DNA of 64,000 nucleotides, from NCBI RefSeq assembly GCF_964355755.1, contig NC_092672.1, positions 12,710,001 through 12,774,000 of the forward strand. The letters are read 5' to 3'. The position numbers and the translations under genes are program-made. Below, in pieces: positions 26,604 through 41,100 of this stretch. Origin of the DNA: Antedon mediterranea. Taxonomy: Eukaryota > Animalia > Echinodermata. Each line of letters begins with the position of its first letter. Position 1 is the first letter of the stretch. Below the pieces are notes generated by a model. It searched no databases and was not told where the DNA came from. It worked only from the letters and a program-made list of their open reading frames with translations.

Positions 26604-27431
26604 ATACATTTATCTTTCATCGTGCCTATGAAAAATATTGTTTTAGATTTTACATATTTTCTCTTGATGACATGGTAAACATACAAAACAAAATCTATTG
26701 GAATCGAAACAGCCTTACAAATATGACATGCATGGACTACCAAGAAAAGAGTAAAATTACTTTTTCCTTATGTGAACTGAGAACATATGTATTATTCAGT
26801 ATATGATGTGTTTGGAACTGTATGAATATCTACAAGCAACCCAAAAATTAAGATACAAATAATTTTCAAGAGAGGACAGGAACATATTTTATTTTTAAAA
26901 AGAATTCATTTACCTTTTAATACCACATTTCAACGATTGACTTTGAAAGAAAACAAGGTGAAGAAAAAAAAAACAAATTCAATTCAATTTTAGCATCGGT
27001 AAAGTGCAGCCTATCTACAGCCGTATGGTACTCTTTCTATATAATTTCAATGACCTAACAATATTAACATTAATATTTTCAGTTATATCGGATTAAAAGT
27101 ACTGTACAGTGTTGAGATTTTTAAAAAGTACAGAACATTGTAGATGTACGGTCAAGTAAAATTTTAACCACTTGTAACTCTGTCACATCATGCCGGAGTA
27201 GGCATACTCTAAAAAGTCACTGATCATAACTGTTGCTTAAGCGTACTTGTTACAATAATGTCTATGAAACTTGTTTTTCTTTTGTTGGCTATATTCTGAT
27301 ACCGAATTATATAACAACTGCGCCCTCTAACCGTAGATTTCTTTATTCATGTTCAACATTCAACAGTTATGCTGCCCTCTTCCTCTCCTTACCTGTCTAT
27401 TAATATGTCAATATAAACGCATTGTGAATTG

Positions 27432-27948
27432 TTATTTACCTCCACCAAGTCTGTTTGTCTGTTTGTTTCTTAGAAGGATTACTCTAAAAAAAGTTATTAT
27501 TGCAAGATCTTTACCACTTCATTAAATTTCGGAGGCAATCCCGGACCATTGTCTCAATTTAATTTTCAGACCTGCTAGTGTTAAAACTGAAATTGCGATT
27601 GTCAAAAAAACTTCATTTTTGTACATCAAGAGGCTAGCGTTATAATGTGTGATTTGTAATTTTACAACATTTGATTTAATTGATACGAGTAGTTTTAAAA
27701 ACCTATTTCGTTTCAAATTCAACCGTTTGTTTTTGGCGTTTCTGTTCTATTGTTAGTCAACTAAAACTATTGTTAGTTGGTTACATAACATTTACACCAA
27801 ACTCGCATACACATGGTTGTAGTGAAATTAGCCTACATCACACACATTATTAAGACACCCACACAAATATATAATATAATAATATAATTTTATGTAGGAG
27901 AATGTTACAGTAGGCGGAGGTATGCAATCTCGGGGTGGCTTTCTAGTT
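27432..27948 (+). mobile_element. HINE/pearl-like element, family C
   Basis: TACCTCCACCAA / TAGGCGGAGGTA subterminal inverted repeats, GTCTGTTT microsatellite, 3' ...TTTCTAGTT end. Confidence 0.65.
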
Positions 27949-29319
27949 GCAATAACAGTTACGGTCTGTGTAATGGTAAACAATAGACTATGCAGATGCG
28001 TAATAGTTTAAATGATCAACAGTAATCAACATATTTTTATTTGCAATTTTAGAAAAGAAAAACTAATAATCTAAAGTAAAATGTAGGTATATTATAACAG
28101 TAATTTTAGTATAATTGATGGCTGTGCAATGGGTCTACCTTTACACTTCAAGAACCATAATAGACCTAACACATGTGATCATCATCAGGAATGGTTTTTA
28201 TAACAACAATGAAAGTATAGTATATAATATTTGAAACGTTGAATCATGACTTCACTCTCATAACTTCATACTATAATTTAACCATAATTAGTATATCCAT
28301 TGAGATTAGTCTTTAGCCTATTATTCTATTTTTTCCCATTTTTCCCACAAGATAACAACATATTTAAACTAATCTGTCACAAAGATGAATATCGATCGAC
28401 TTATCTAATTATAGCCAATTTAATTTCGATTAGATCAAGCTCAATATGCTGTTCATTTTGTTGATACTTCTTGACTTTACTAATTATAATATCATTAGTT
28501 TGTAGATATTGGTTCACTTTACTTCACCACGGTCATACAAGACAGAATATAAATGACAGAAAAGAACCTAAGGAAACGAAATATTTAAATCTGAATTTGA
28601 TAAGAAGAAGAGTAAACAAAAGAAACATGGTACATTATAAATTATGTATGAAAAGGTGAAAAGTGGCTAGATCTCAATGAAGATATAAAAAAAATAAAAT
28701 AATCTAAAATCAAGAAAAACAGCCAGATATAAATTGCAAAGAATGTGGGTAACAACAATCCCAGTGCAAGAGATAGAGACAAGTAAAAACATAAGTTCAT
28801 GAGTTGCATCATTGGATTGGAATCAAAGGAGGCAACATGCTGATAAATAAGAGTTTGGAAAGAATGAGAGTTGGATACATTTTTCATTTATAAGACAACA
28901 GTATTGTTAAACAATTCAGGTGTTGATTTAATAACTAATAGACCTTTCTTTGAATGTTTTTTCTTCTTACTACTGTTCATGTATTTGTATTATGGATAAC
29001 AAAATCATGCTTCTTAATAAAAAATCAAAATAAATTGCAGATAATTAGCATTAAAATGTCCTGTTTTGGCGTTATTTATGCTGTTTATTCTAATTATAGA
29101 TAGCAAATGTAATTTGTATAAGCTGCAATTCAGCCTAAAACTGCGTTTTACTGTTTTTAAAATGTTTTTATATAGTGATTTATAATATACCTGATTTACA
29201 GATGCAGTGTCGTTATCAGTTCAATTTAGCCAATAGCCAAATTTCCGGTCCTATAAACCAACATTCATATGCCATCATTGAAAACACAGTAGGTTTTTCA
29301 ACAGTTGACGTGTTCTACT

Positions 29320-29403
29320 TATATATATATATATACTGTTTACTTTATCGTTTTAATTTAGCTTTTCGCTTTTTTTTTGTATCTCCATTTGCCTTGCCTT
29401 TGG

Positions 29404-29441
<38 letters not shown>

Positions 29442-29569
29442 TTAACTTTAGCTAACTTTTCTGGCTGTTTACTTTATCGTTTTGATTTAGCCTTTCGCTT
29501 TTTATTTTTGTATCTCCATTGAGATCCAGCCACTGATACCCACAGCATTGTCATTTTTTTCAGTAATTT

Positions 29570-29662
<93 letters not shown>

Positions 29663-30030
29663 CCAAAGGCAAATTACTGAAAAAAATGACAATGCTGTGG
29701 GTATCAGTGGCTGGATCTCAATGGAGATACAAAAATAAAAAGCGAAAAGCTAAATCAAAACGATAAAGTAAACAGCCAGAAAAGTTAGCAGAGCTTTCGG
29801 GCAACACTCTAGCCCTTCATCAGTGCAAGTGAAGGAATTTTTTCAGTAATTTGCCTTTGGATTTATATATATATATATATATAAATCCAAAGGCAAATTA
29901 CTGAAAAAAATTACAATGCTGTGGGTATCAGTGGCTGGATCTCAATGGAGATACAAAATAAAATCGAAAAGCTAAATCAAAACGAGAAGTAAAACAGCCA
30001 GAAAAGTATATATATATATATATATATATA
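29320..30030. mobile_element. Cluster of five fragments of a Penelope-pLTR-like non-coding family interleaved with (TA)n
   Basis: Copies at ~29336-29406(+), 29451-29575(+), 29661-29838(-), 29838-29864(+) and 29883-30007(-). Each 3' end (GCCTTTGGATTTA or a variant) abuts (TA)n. Confidence 0.8.
29788..29826 (-). ncRNA. Minimal type I hammerhead ribozyme
   Basis: Minus strand: GCA-CUGAUGA-A-GGGC(UAGAGUGUU)GCCC-GAAA-GCUC-UGC. Intact core, 4-bp stem II, 3-bp stem I, tiny palindromic stem III. Confidence 0.8.
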
Positions 30031-33000
30031 ATTCCCTTTTTATGCAAATAACAATACATTAAATATTCTCGTTTCTTCATGTTTAATTTGAAAACAAACA
30101 TACTGTACACGAATGTATGTTTGTGTTTGGCTTTGTATCTCAATTAATTTCATCCACAGCGAATTTTGTCTAATCCTTTCTGATTTATTAGCCGTGTTAA
30201 CTGAGGGTAATTGGTAAAATTGATCTAGACAGTACAACTTGCGTTTGATTAAACTAGTAGTTGGAACATATTCTCGACATAATATTGTAGTTTACATACA
30301 GGCCACGAATTGACAATAATAAGGACACTACACTCACCCTTGTCCATTCCATGCATAAACATAATCTAAATCTTAAGGCACGTATTCATGAATCGTACCG
30401 TAGTTATTGATTTTTACTCAGCTTTCAATTTGTTTTGTCTTAATCATCTAAACTAATTCCAAGCTTAATGCCGTATCTACTCAATCATTATTTCTACACC
30501 ATATTCTCACAACACACAGAAATCTGAATTTGAATTGACAAATCTTGACTAACCGAACGACTAGTGAATGTTTCGTTGCCTTATTGTTATAATATAATCA
30601 TATGTATAATACTATTTTATTATTTATTTAATATTTTAAAATAAATTAAACGAACCAATCTCATTATATCCATTTATTTACACTGTTATGTAAAGGTGTT
30701 ATTTTCTTTATGTTAGAATTTATGTTTTAGAATTATTCAGCTTATGTTATTACAGCTGTAGGATCACATAAATTAATTTCAAATTATTTGGGAAGAGTGA
30801 AAATTATTATGCATTTAATATTTTAAAACCAAATTCAATTGTTACCATTTTGGAAAACCAGTCATTATCTTGGCTTCTCTCCAATGTTGACGTCATCATG
30901 TCTGAGAATCAGTTATTTTTCTGTGATTCTGTGGTAGACTCAGAGTTTAGGGAGGAAGTATGATTCTCAGGTAGACTGTTGTAGACAGCAGGATTCGATT
31001 TTGACTTTGATGCTTTTAAAGCTATTGCCCTTGAAAAATATATTGTTTTTTGTCACAAAAAAATGGATCGAAACAAAAATTATTTACCTGCAAAAAACTT
31101 TAATTTAAAGCGAAAAATAATGGAAGTCAATGGGTTGTTGGTTAAATGTAACTGTTCATTTTTTCTTTTTATAATTGAACTCATTTTTTTTTTTCTATGA
31201 TTTTATAAATCTTAAATTTTCATGATTTTGAGGGACAATGCATATTTAAATTTATAATGCAGCATAAATGTCTGTCCTAGTTATAGAATGAAAAATTTTC
31301 TAATTTCTTTTGATTCTTGTAACAAAAAAAAATGATCTTTATCTTTCTATTATAAATATTTTTGTATTATTCATCATTGGTTACATATGTGAACTAATGT
31401 CTATTTGTATTGGTAAAGAGGCCAAAATGTTTAATATTTTCGTGAAGTGTGCCATTTTTTCCGCGTTTAATTTGTAATAGTATATATAGTTTTGAATCGC
31501 ATACTATTGCTAATTCCCTTCCTACGCACCCACTATCAACTGAACAAATTAAATTAGAATATCAACACCGTTATGTAGATCGGCCTATTTACCAAGGCAG
31601 TAATAGTATTCATTATTATATACTGCCGTGAAATAAGAAAAAAACGCATGTCAAGAGTTGATAATGTTGAATCAGTTTATAGGCCTAGATATGAAAGGTA
31701 AAAGTAGGACGATCGCATATCTAATAATAATATTGCTATTTGATACATATTTTTAATTTCTTACATTAAGATTATAAACATTAAAATGTTATTGTAATTG
31801 GGAAAAGGAATATAAACCTACATATTTTTTACAAAAGTCGGTGATTTTTGTTAGCGTTTCAGCAATTGTTGCCTAAACTATACAGTTATCAACCGATTGC
31901 CGAGCTACCATGTTTTCAGAATTTTGAAATCAAGTGTTGTTAGCATTGTTTTTTAAAGATTTTCTTCGTATTTTTTTTATTTGTATCAGTGACTTTTGTG
32001 GAAAAAAAAATACTTTTTTTTTCAATTCTTCTTGCGTAAACACCACTTTTATTCACAGTTTATTTTCATTATTATCACATGTTTGTGAATTTCTAATGTC
32101 ACTTTTGTATTTCATATCACGTCCATTTTTCAATAATTTTCTTTTATTTGTCTATACCCCAATTACAAAAGGAGTTTAAAAAGTTAACACAAAGACAATA
32201 TGCTTAAATAACTCATCATTAACTTTTTTTGTTTCCAAACAAAGTTAAAACATATATAATTATATATATAATTTCCTTATACATGATCATTATCATTATA
32301 TCTCATTTTAAAATATTTTACACAGAAATAACAATTTTACTTTTGTGAGTTTTTTATTTTTCTTTTTTTTTTGTCATTTTTAAACTCTTATTTTACAATG
32401 TATGTACAGTAGGCCTATATCCATGATTAAAAAAACATAATAAATAGGCTACCACGGTGAAAAACGTCTGACCAACACCAGAAACGTGCCTCTGGTTTAA
32501 GGCTAACAAATAATGCAAAACCGTGATAGTAGGCCGTCTATCTGTATTAAGAACAGTTATACTCATAATGATTCAAAGGTCAAATTTAACTGCCAAATGT
32601 GTACCGTATTATGTAAAATTATACTTTCGTTTTTATAATTCACCTAGTATATCCTTATGGATATAATTGGTTATTATTACCTTAAATTGTGAAACATCAA
32701 GTTTAGTAACAGCCAGCTTGTAAATAGTTTGTGCCACGTGACCGAAAGGCCGAAAACAATAAAACAAAAAACAACTTAGAGTGATATCTATAGTTACATT
32801 TCTCCACATTCAAAATCTGAACGGAAATTAAAATGTATCGAATATAATCGAAGAAAAATAGTAAAAATAATATTGTTTCTTCAAAATTATTTAACAATCT
32901 TACTCGGAGTAGTAGGCTAAGCGTATACATTGACAATATGATTAGCAAAGATGTTTAGTATATATGAAAATTTGTTAAAATCTACAAAAGATTCAATTGT

Positions 33001-34289
33001 TACATAATGTTTGTAATTATTATATCTTCTCGATCTGCTAACTCCTCATTTACTTACAATATGAATACAATGTGATATTTATTTATAGTGATTTTTACAT
33101 GATTGGAAAAAATGAAAATATTGAAATACTGACATTAAAGTTTCCTCCATATACTATAAAGATAATTGGTTTTGATATATGTACTGGTAATAAAAGTCGT
33201 GTGTACATTACACACTATATTCACAAGACGGTTTAAGGCTGAGGGATAATGAAAGCAATCGTAAAATAAAAATAACTATGCTTGTTTTCTGTTTTATTGC
33301 AATTACAGTTCAAAAGAAATACAGGCCTGCTCTGCAACACAGAAACCTAGCATTGCCATGATAACGTGAATGCTATATTATAACTAGATACTATTAACTG
33401 GACCAGATAGTATGAGTTAAATTCATAATTATACGTTGCAGCAATTTCTCTTATTGCCTTCTTTAACGACACTTTTTTGTATATATTAATTTGATGTTTA
33501 TTAAGCGTCTCGAAGTACAGTTTGCATATGTTTGAATAATAGCAGAAACGACGGAAAATATTGCTGTATATGCATTTCTGTGTGTTATCATTATTTGTTT
33601 ATGTAAAAATAATATTATGTTTAGTTATAACTGAGTATGGTAGGCCTACTGTGAAATCTTTAAAAACAGAATATATGGCACAACGTGGTCACTGAGAGCA
33701 AGGGAGCCAGCGCCCTCGGGTTGTATTCGACACGACTGTAATGTACGATATGTCGTACTGTACGATACAGTAATATGCCACTCTCCAGTGGTCGTACTTA
33801 CCAAATTAATACAGAGTGAATGGCGTATACCGCCACTGGTACATTGAGTATCGATGGAATAGTAAGAATACTTTCCGGCTATACCTTGTGTGCATATAAG
33901 TTACTTCAAGTTGTGTCCAGATGACTTGCGCTAGTATACAGATGCACTTTAGCGCTCCTCCATAACATATATCCTAGGCCTACTGTTGTATGCATTCACC
34001 TTTGATTCCTTTATCTACTTGTTTTATGTATTCTTGTACTTTATATATTAATGTTACCGTGCAGCTGGTGTTACTTTATTAGCAATAAAATATAGATAGT
34101 ACGCACGTCAAATCAATAAATATATAAGTAAATATTGACTTGTAATGAATAATAATAATAATCGCTGCGTTGTACACTTAATAATTAAAAAAATGAATTA
34201 TATGCTTTTTTAGTAGTAAAAAACCATAACCCAATCCAAATATATGGAATCTTGAATATACAGAATATGTGAATCCGTTGAATTTAAAA

Positions 34290-34985
34290 GTGTATACCAT
34301 TGATCGACAGCGCGACCAATCAGAAAACGTTTAGAATAATTTAGTAAATTAATATTCTTCTTGAAGAATTCTACACGCAATAGCATTTGAATATGACGAG
34401 TGCACGACAGACGGTTATTGTGACGTGTTTACGGCGTGATAATTATGTAAATGAATATAAGTATTGTTTTAGCCAGTAATTTGACTCGTGTGTTCAGTTA
34501 AGGAGAACCAAGATAATCAATCAAGACATTTGAAAATAATATAAGGGAAAAATTCATCAGTACGCTAAATGACATTTGGGATTTTCAGGCTGCCATCCGC
34601 ACTAGGGATTACTGAGTATTGATTGCGAGTATGTAAGGACGCCCATGAGAGTCATCAAACCAGCGGCCAAAGTAGTCAGATATATGGTTTACTCCGCGGT
34701 TTTCTATACATTAAAGGCAAATCGAGGACATGCAAAACAAGTAAGTAGTAAATACAAATAGCCAACTATACGCGACTTGCCGAGAGAGATCTTAATTCTA
34801 GAGCACGATAACTAATTTTAGACATTGAGTTGAAATGTACGAAGTGTGAGGATGTCATACACTCTGTAGTTAATAGGAAGCGAGCACGTGTTTGTGACTG
34901 GCAACATGTTATAGGAAACACAATACTTATAATTTCTGAGATATCCGATTGGAATTTTACTACAGCTCAATCATCATTCATTTTG
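34290..34985 (+). promoter_or_regulatory. Candidate promoter / non-coding 5' exon of the Ig gene
   Basis: Locally GC/CpG-richer non-repetitive DNA, CCAAT box GACCAATCAG (~34314), TGACGT (~34421), GTAAGT donors at 34741 and 34986. The link to the acceptor at 46515 is inference. Confidence 0.3.
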
Positions 34986-37859
34986 GTAAGTTTTCTATGA
35001 ATGTATTTTATATAATAATCTAATTTTTATGCATTGTATTGGTTCATGTTTTCTAACCATACTTATATCATTATCTTTAACTTAAATTAGCAAATTATTG
35101 TATTTAAACACTATGTTGCCACTTTGGTGTTGGTTTGTACATCTAGAATTTTAAAAACAAACAGATACATACTTAGTCAAATACGAGTACAATATTAAAC
35201 GCTGTTACAATACAACGATGTATTATCCCCCTGAAAAAAAATATTTTTTGTTGAATATGCCATTTGAATGTCACATAATAGTTATCCACTTTGACTAAAA
35301 ATTGGATCTAAACAAAATTTATTCACCTGAAAAATTTGTACGGTAATTGAAAGCAAAAAATGGTCAAATTGGCTGTCAGTCAATGGATTTTTGGTTAAAT
35401 TTAATCATTTATTATGTTATTTTTTAAAGTGACAATTTTTTTTTCTACAGAAGTGATTATCTGAAAAATGGCCTATTTAAAGTCTGATTTTATTAATCTT
35501 TATTGTTCATGTTTTTGGGACAATACATCTTTAACCAAAATGTAGGCTTATATGTTTAGTGATAAGTATGAACATTCAATATAGAGTCTGTAAAGCAAAT
35601 TCAGAAGTTGACATTATGATTCTTATTGCATACAGTAGCAGACATATTGTTTAATATACCTACAGTTATCAATACAAAAAAACCTGGTTTATATTTATAT
35701 TAAATATATCATTATGCAAGACAATGGTTTTCTTGCTATGTCTTCTTTGTATTGAAAGTTAATAAAGCAGTGTGTTCCTAATTGTAAACAGTTATTAATT
35801 CAGTTTTTCCCTCTGAGACACGTTTTACAGCCAAGGAGTGGTAGTGAATCAAAATTCAAATTCAAAGATATAACAAATTAAGATTCCTGTGTATTAGTTA
35901 TAATAATCAATATGTTATTAAATCGCTGATAAAATTGCAATGAATTCACCAGTGTGCACCTGATCCTGTTAAAGAAATAATTGCAAATTTACAAGTTTCA
36001 TTCAATCCAAAACGGGATCCAAAATACATACGTCATCGCCATGCAAGGCTTGGGAATGTTACAATGCATAATTAGAACTCAACAAGATTACATCGTATGT
36101 TAGGTCTACAACTCGTAAACAATTATAGGCCTCCTTATCTCCATATCCCCCCCCCCCCCCCGCCCACCTAGTTCCATTGATAATACCATCTTTGTATCTT
36201 ATTATTTGTAGCTAAGTACAAGCTTCCTAACATATCAGGAAATCATGAATGAATAAAGTATAATATGTTTTCTCTGTGTAATTAATGAATATTGAAGATA
36301 AAATATTTTCTTTCTTTCTTTGTTCTGTTTCTGAGCGCAATGAAGCATCGATTGGTTACTAATTAGTATCAATTAATATCAATGGAAATAGAAATAGTAT
36401 TATTTAACATAAGTTAACTAAACTACATTTATAATAAGTTAATTAAACTATATTTACTCATTTTTTTATGACGTTTATTATTGATTACAAAACTACGTAA
36501 GAAAACCGACTTTGGTAACCATAAATACAATAAATAAATTAAACAACCTATCTGTCATTCAGTTACACAATTATAAGTATACTACATTCACCAATTTGCA
36601 AAAGAAGACATATTTCGCCAAATCCATGTTAAAACATTACGAAAATAAAATCACAAAACAATTACAATTAAAATCCGGGCTGGGCCACCGAAAAATAAAA
36701 GTGATCGAACAACCAACCAAACAATAAAGTAATCGATCACTTGATCACATCGCCAAACTTGATCAATCAATAAATAATCATTGATGAGTCAATCAGCCAA
36801 AACACCAATCAATAGGTGAGATCGAATCTTTCAATCGTCAACTTGTTGTAAACGTCCTGGGAAAACATTTTATAAAATCGTTCAAATCGAAAAAAAAAAA
36901 TGTTAGGCCTAGACTTATACAATACATGAACATATGTTTTGCTTCTGTTGCTTTATGTTAGCTAAAAAACAGTACCAATTTAATTACGTCACTGTCACTG
37001 CTGCCTATATTTTGTGAATAAGAATAAGAAGTTTATATCAATATTATTCATATTATGGAAGTATGTTAATATACAACTTATTGATGCCTGATGAACACAA
37101 CTAACTGTCGAGAAGTAAACGCAATTATTCTTCAATGGTATTTAATTTATTGGACAAGGAATTGTGATGAACAGTGATAAATGAGAATAGTTAAACTGTA
37201 ATATAATTCGAACAAAGATGTTGTTAGTGTCACTTATATTAACTAAATGAACAAGATCTGTCTACGTAGTAGTGTAACAATAACTTTTCTTGTTTTCTAA
37301 TTACGTTGATAGGTATTCATAAACTGTCAATAGGTTGAAGAATGGAATCGTACAATGAAAAGAGTAATGGTTGTGTTTCTTTTTAACCAACAAAGAAACC
37401 CAATTAGCAATAAAGTACAGGTTTCTTACAAACGTTTGTAACCAAAAGCATTGCCAATAAAATACTAATATTGTTAATTACAAATATCATATTACTAATT
37501 CCAGAAGCGATAAATCAAGAATAGAAGTATGATATTCTGTAGTTTAATATAGTAGGAAATTAAAAGTATTTTTCAACAATTCACACCAAGCAAGCAGTAC
37601 GCTTAGTAAATGCAATGCATATTGTGTTCTAGTAACATAAGCACGTAGATTAACTAAATCATTATGGGAGGCCTGGTTTGAAAAATATGAACTTTCATTA
37701 TAAAAGATTCAACCCAAACGTCTGCTCATGTTTGTTTCATTTGTTAACATGAATTAGAAATGTTATTATTTTAATTCAAAATTAAAATCCATTTCTTTAA
37801 AACCTATAATGTTTAAAGAAACTTGCTAATATAATGATGCTGTTGTTACATACACTCGA

Positions 37860-38115
37860 TGTTTTATTATTATTATTGTTATTCTTTATACGGGTGATTT
37901 CCTCAGTCGAACCTGTTCTCCTGGAGTGAGGAATAGGATGATCAGCACACCGGAGACGATCCCCTAAAAGTATGTGAACTATAGCACATTCCTACGCGTT
38001 CGAAAGACGCATACAAACATTTCGTGTACACTGGACCTCGGTAATAAAAGTCACGTGTTTATCTGAGAATCCCAACTTGTTCTACCATGGACCAGTGATC
38101 CTCGAACCCTCTTAA
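37860..38115 (-). mobile_element. Decayed tRNA-derived SINE with Deu/Nin-domain-like core
   Basis: Minus strand has a B-box-like GGGTTCGAG, then ACCGAGGTCCAGTGTACAC...AGGGGATCGTCTCCGGTGTGCTG and an (AAT)n tail. Confidence 0.5.
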
Positions 38116-41100
38116 CCGCTCGATCACTCACTAAACTTTCTATCTTCCCATAATATTGGTGTTCCAGTTACGCGTATCATTCCTTTTACAGAATCAAGTG
38201 ATTTTGTACCACTTTATAGGGTTGGTTTAGGTTTGGTATTATTCATACAGACTGCTACAATGCATGTATACTTTAGATTCTAAGTATAGTTCATTTATGT
38301 AACAACATTTAAGATGTATTTCTTAATGTACATAATGTAATTTTTTGCATAAGTGAGCTTAACAGAAAGAGAATAAATTGCCAGCCTCAAACGTCTATGG
38401 GATTTTTGAAATCCATTAGAACAATTAATTACAGCCCCTATAGCAGTTAAGGAATTACCAGAAGGACACTTCTAGCAGACGCTTTCAAAATGTCGATGTC
38501 GAAAAAATACTAATCATGCCAAGTAACATCTATCCTTAGGCATTGATCTCGATAAACAAAATGGGCCATGGGAAATAAGGCATTACTGTTTTGTTATTGA
38601 AATATGAAAATATATTCGTATATGGATATATTTTCCACTTTCTAGAAACAAACTGAAATCTCCCCTTAGGTATGACTTTTAACATAACTCACTTTCTTAA
38701 AGAAATTACAGCTACTAACGGCGTCTTCTGTCTGGTAATGCACATCTTCTTTATCTCAACCGATAGAAACGGCACGGAACAACAAATTGTATCGAATCGT
38801 TTCTATAATTGCTTTCTTAGTTATCATTTTGTAGTTATTACTTTTATACATTTGATCGTGATGTATTATGCAAATAAATTACTCCCTTGATCATTCAAGT
38901 CGAACATGTATACAAAGGATACACTAACAACAAACGTATAAAAATAAAAACAAATCTTGTGTATGAACTTTTTGGGGCTTTAGTTGTTGATTTTATTCAT
39001 GCCTCGTGGACATGTTGAAATCTGTAATTCCTGTAAATATTTCGACCTTTTATCTATAATTACCCAAAACTCTTAGCGTGTACTATTATTCCTAATCCTG
39101 ACCATGAATACTACTATTATAAACAATTATCCCTTTCAGGCAAAATATTGACATGCATTCTTTCAAAACAAAAGTATCATTATAATAGCAATAATTGTTG
39201 TCATTATGGTCACTAACTGATCCAATATGCTGTAGTTAGAGATTCTTTCCCATTAAAGTATGGCAAACATACCTCCTCTTTAAACCCGGCATTAGTTGCA
39301 CAAACCAATCTACAATCTTTAGAAATGTTGGCTGGACATTGGTGATTTGAGTATTAACCAGTATGTGTTCAGCTTATAGTGCATCGCATGTGATCAATTT
39401 TATAGTAATTTACGTTTTATCGAGGACTTGTTGAATTTCGTTTTTTTAACTTATTTATGTTATATTTATTTCCAGTCTTTCTGTATAAAATACACATTGT
39501 TGAAAAGCTGTGTAGAGAAAAAGAATCATCATGTGCACGTGTTTAATTAGGCCCTTTTGGTTAAGTTGCAAAACAACAACATCATTAATACATTCTATAT
39601 ATACACATCAAAATAGATAATTAATGACAGTAATACATTCTAAAATAACACTCTTTGTATTCATCATGAATATATTAAAAGGTCATAGTCGAGACAGAAA
39701 AATAAATACAAAATATTTATTAAAATACAGATGTAAGTCGAAATTCCACTTCCACTTATTTCAAAATTATTAATGGACGTAACAAAAAAGAAGAAGTAGA
39801 AACATAGTACGATCAAAACTCAGACAAAATGCATGGCAAATATTGAGGACATTTCAAGTAGGCCTCAATAATGACTGAACATACAATGTAAGTCTGTAAA
39901 AAAAGCTTTTTGTACCTTTTAGCAAGATTTTTCATCCAAAATGTTAATTTTTAAATTATAATGTTAATGTATTACCGAATTTCCTTTGACAGAAACAAGT
40001 GGCAAGTAACGAGCTCTATATTTGACATAGCATGATAACTGTGTCGCATGTATCGACAAACAAAACCAAATGCTTAAAGTACATTTAATATTTTAGGATG
40101 TATTTAGGTATTTAGGTAACAGTTGTCCTAATGAGAGTGTTTTCTCTACTCGTACATGCTTGTAGAACCTATTATAGCATTCTTTGCAATTTTTCTGCCA
40201 TTTGTTTAAAGCAGTTACAAAATACCAATACGAAACAAAACGTGTTTTATGCATTGGAAATTATTATAATGTTGATTTCATTACATTAATTATAATTTTG
40301 CTTTTAGTTATTATTGATTATAATCGTTTGGTACCAAACCCTAATTGAAAATGAAAACACGAATGGGACACTGACACTATTTGCAAACTTCAAAAAAGTC
40401 GAAATGATACTCAATCAATAGTTTGACGGTAGAAAAATAATATATACATTGTCTGTGTAATGGGAGTTTGAGAGTAAATTACCGTACATGGTAACATTAC
40501 CTTTGTAAACAGCCACGTTTGTGCATGCAATACATGTAATCTTCTGAAAAAAGAACTCGGTTCTTTAAAATACACTCGAGTCTGATGTGTACACTAAACC
40601 TCCAGATTTAAGTTCTTATAATAATGATGGTTTGCGGCGCCCCTGCCTTAATGTGGATACTCAACTCGATTACTACAATCGAAATAATTTATGTAAATAC
40701 AAACTACTATTCAGAATATTTTATAGTGATATCTTAACGAATAATTCAGAATGCACATATTTTATACAAAAAATGTTTTCCCTCTATATATTTATTATAT
40801 TGATGTGTATAAATATTATACCTACGTTTTAAATGTTTCTATTCTAATCGCAGGCATAACAATTATACACTATTTCTATTCAAAAATAAACCTAAAGGAA
40901 AGTACCGTAGTATATAGTAAAGTATGATGTATTGTCGAGTTATGCCATAGTGCAGCTAGATATCTGTTCTAACTTTTCAATATTATTAAAATGTAATGTT
41001 TTCAAAATACGTCTTAATTGGAAATAGCAGTGGGATGAACCAACAAAATACATTGTTGTATTTTTTTTTAAGTTAAAATGTGTGAAATAAAGAGTCAAAT

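Noticed and set aside
29175-30237. ORFs with IYIYIY runs (also 58140-59410)
   Set aside because: Artefacts of (TA)n microsatellites.
37088-37115. CTGATGA followed by a short stem and GAGA (similar case: CTGAAGA at ~61559)
   Set aside because: GAAA core and stem I/III not satisfied; cannot call a hammerhead.
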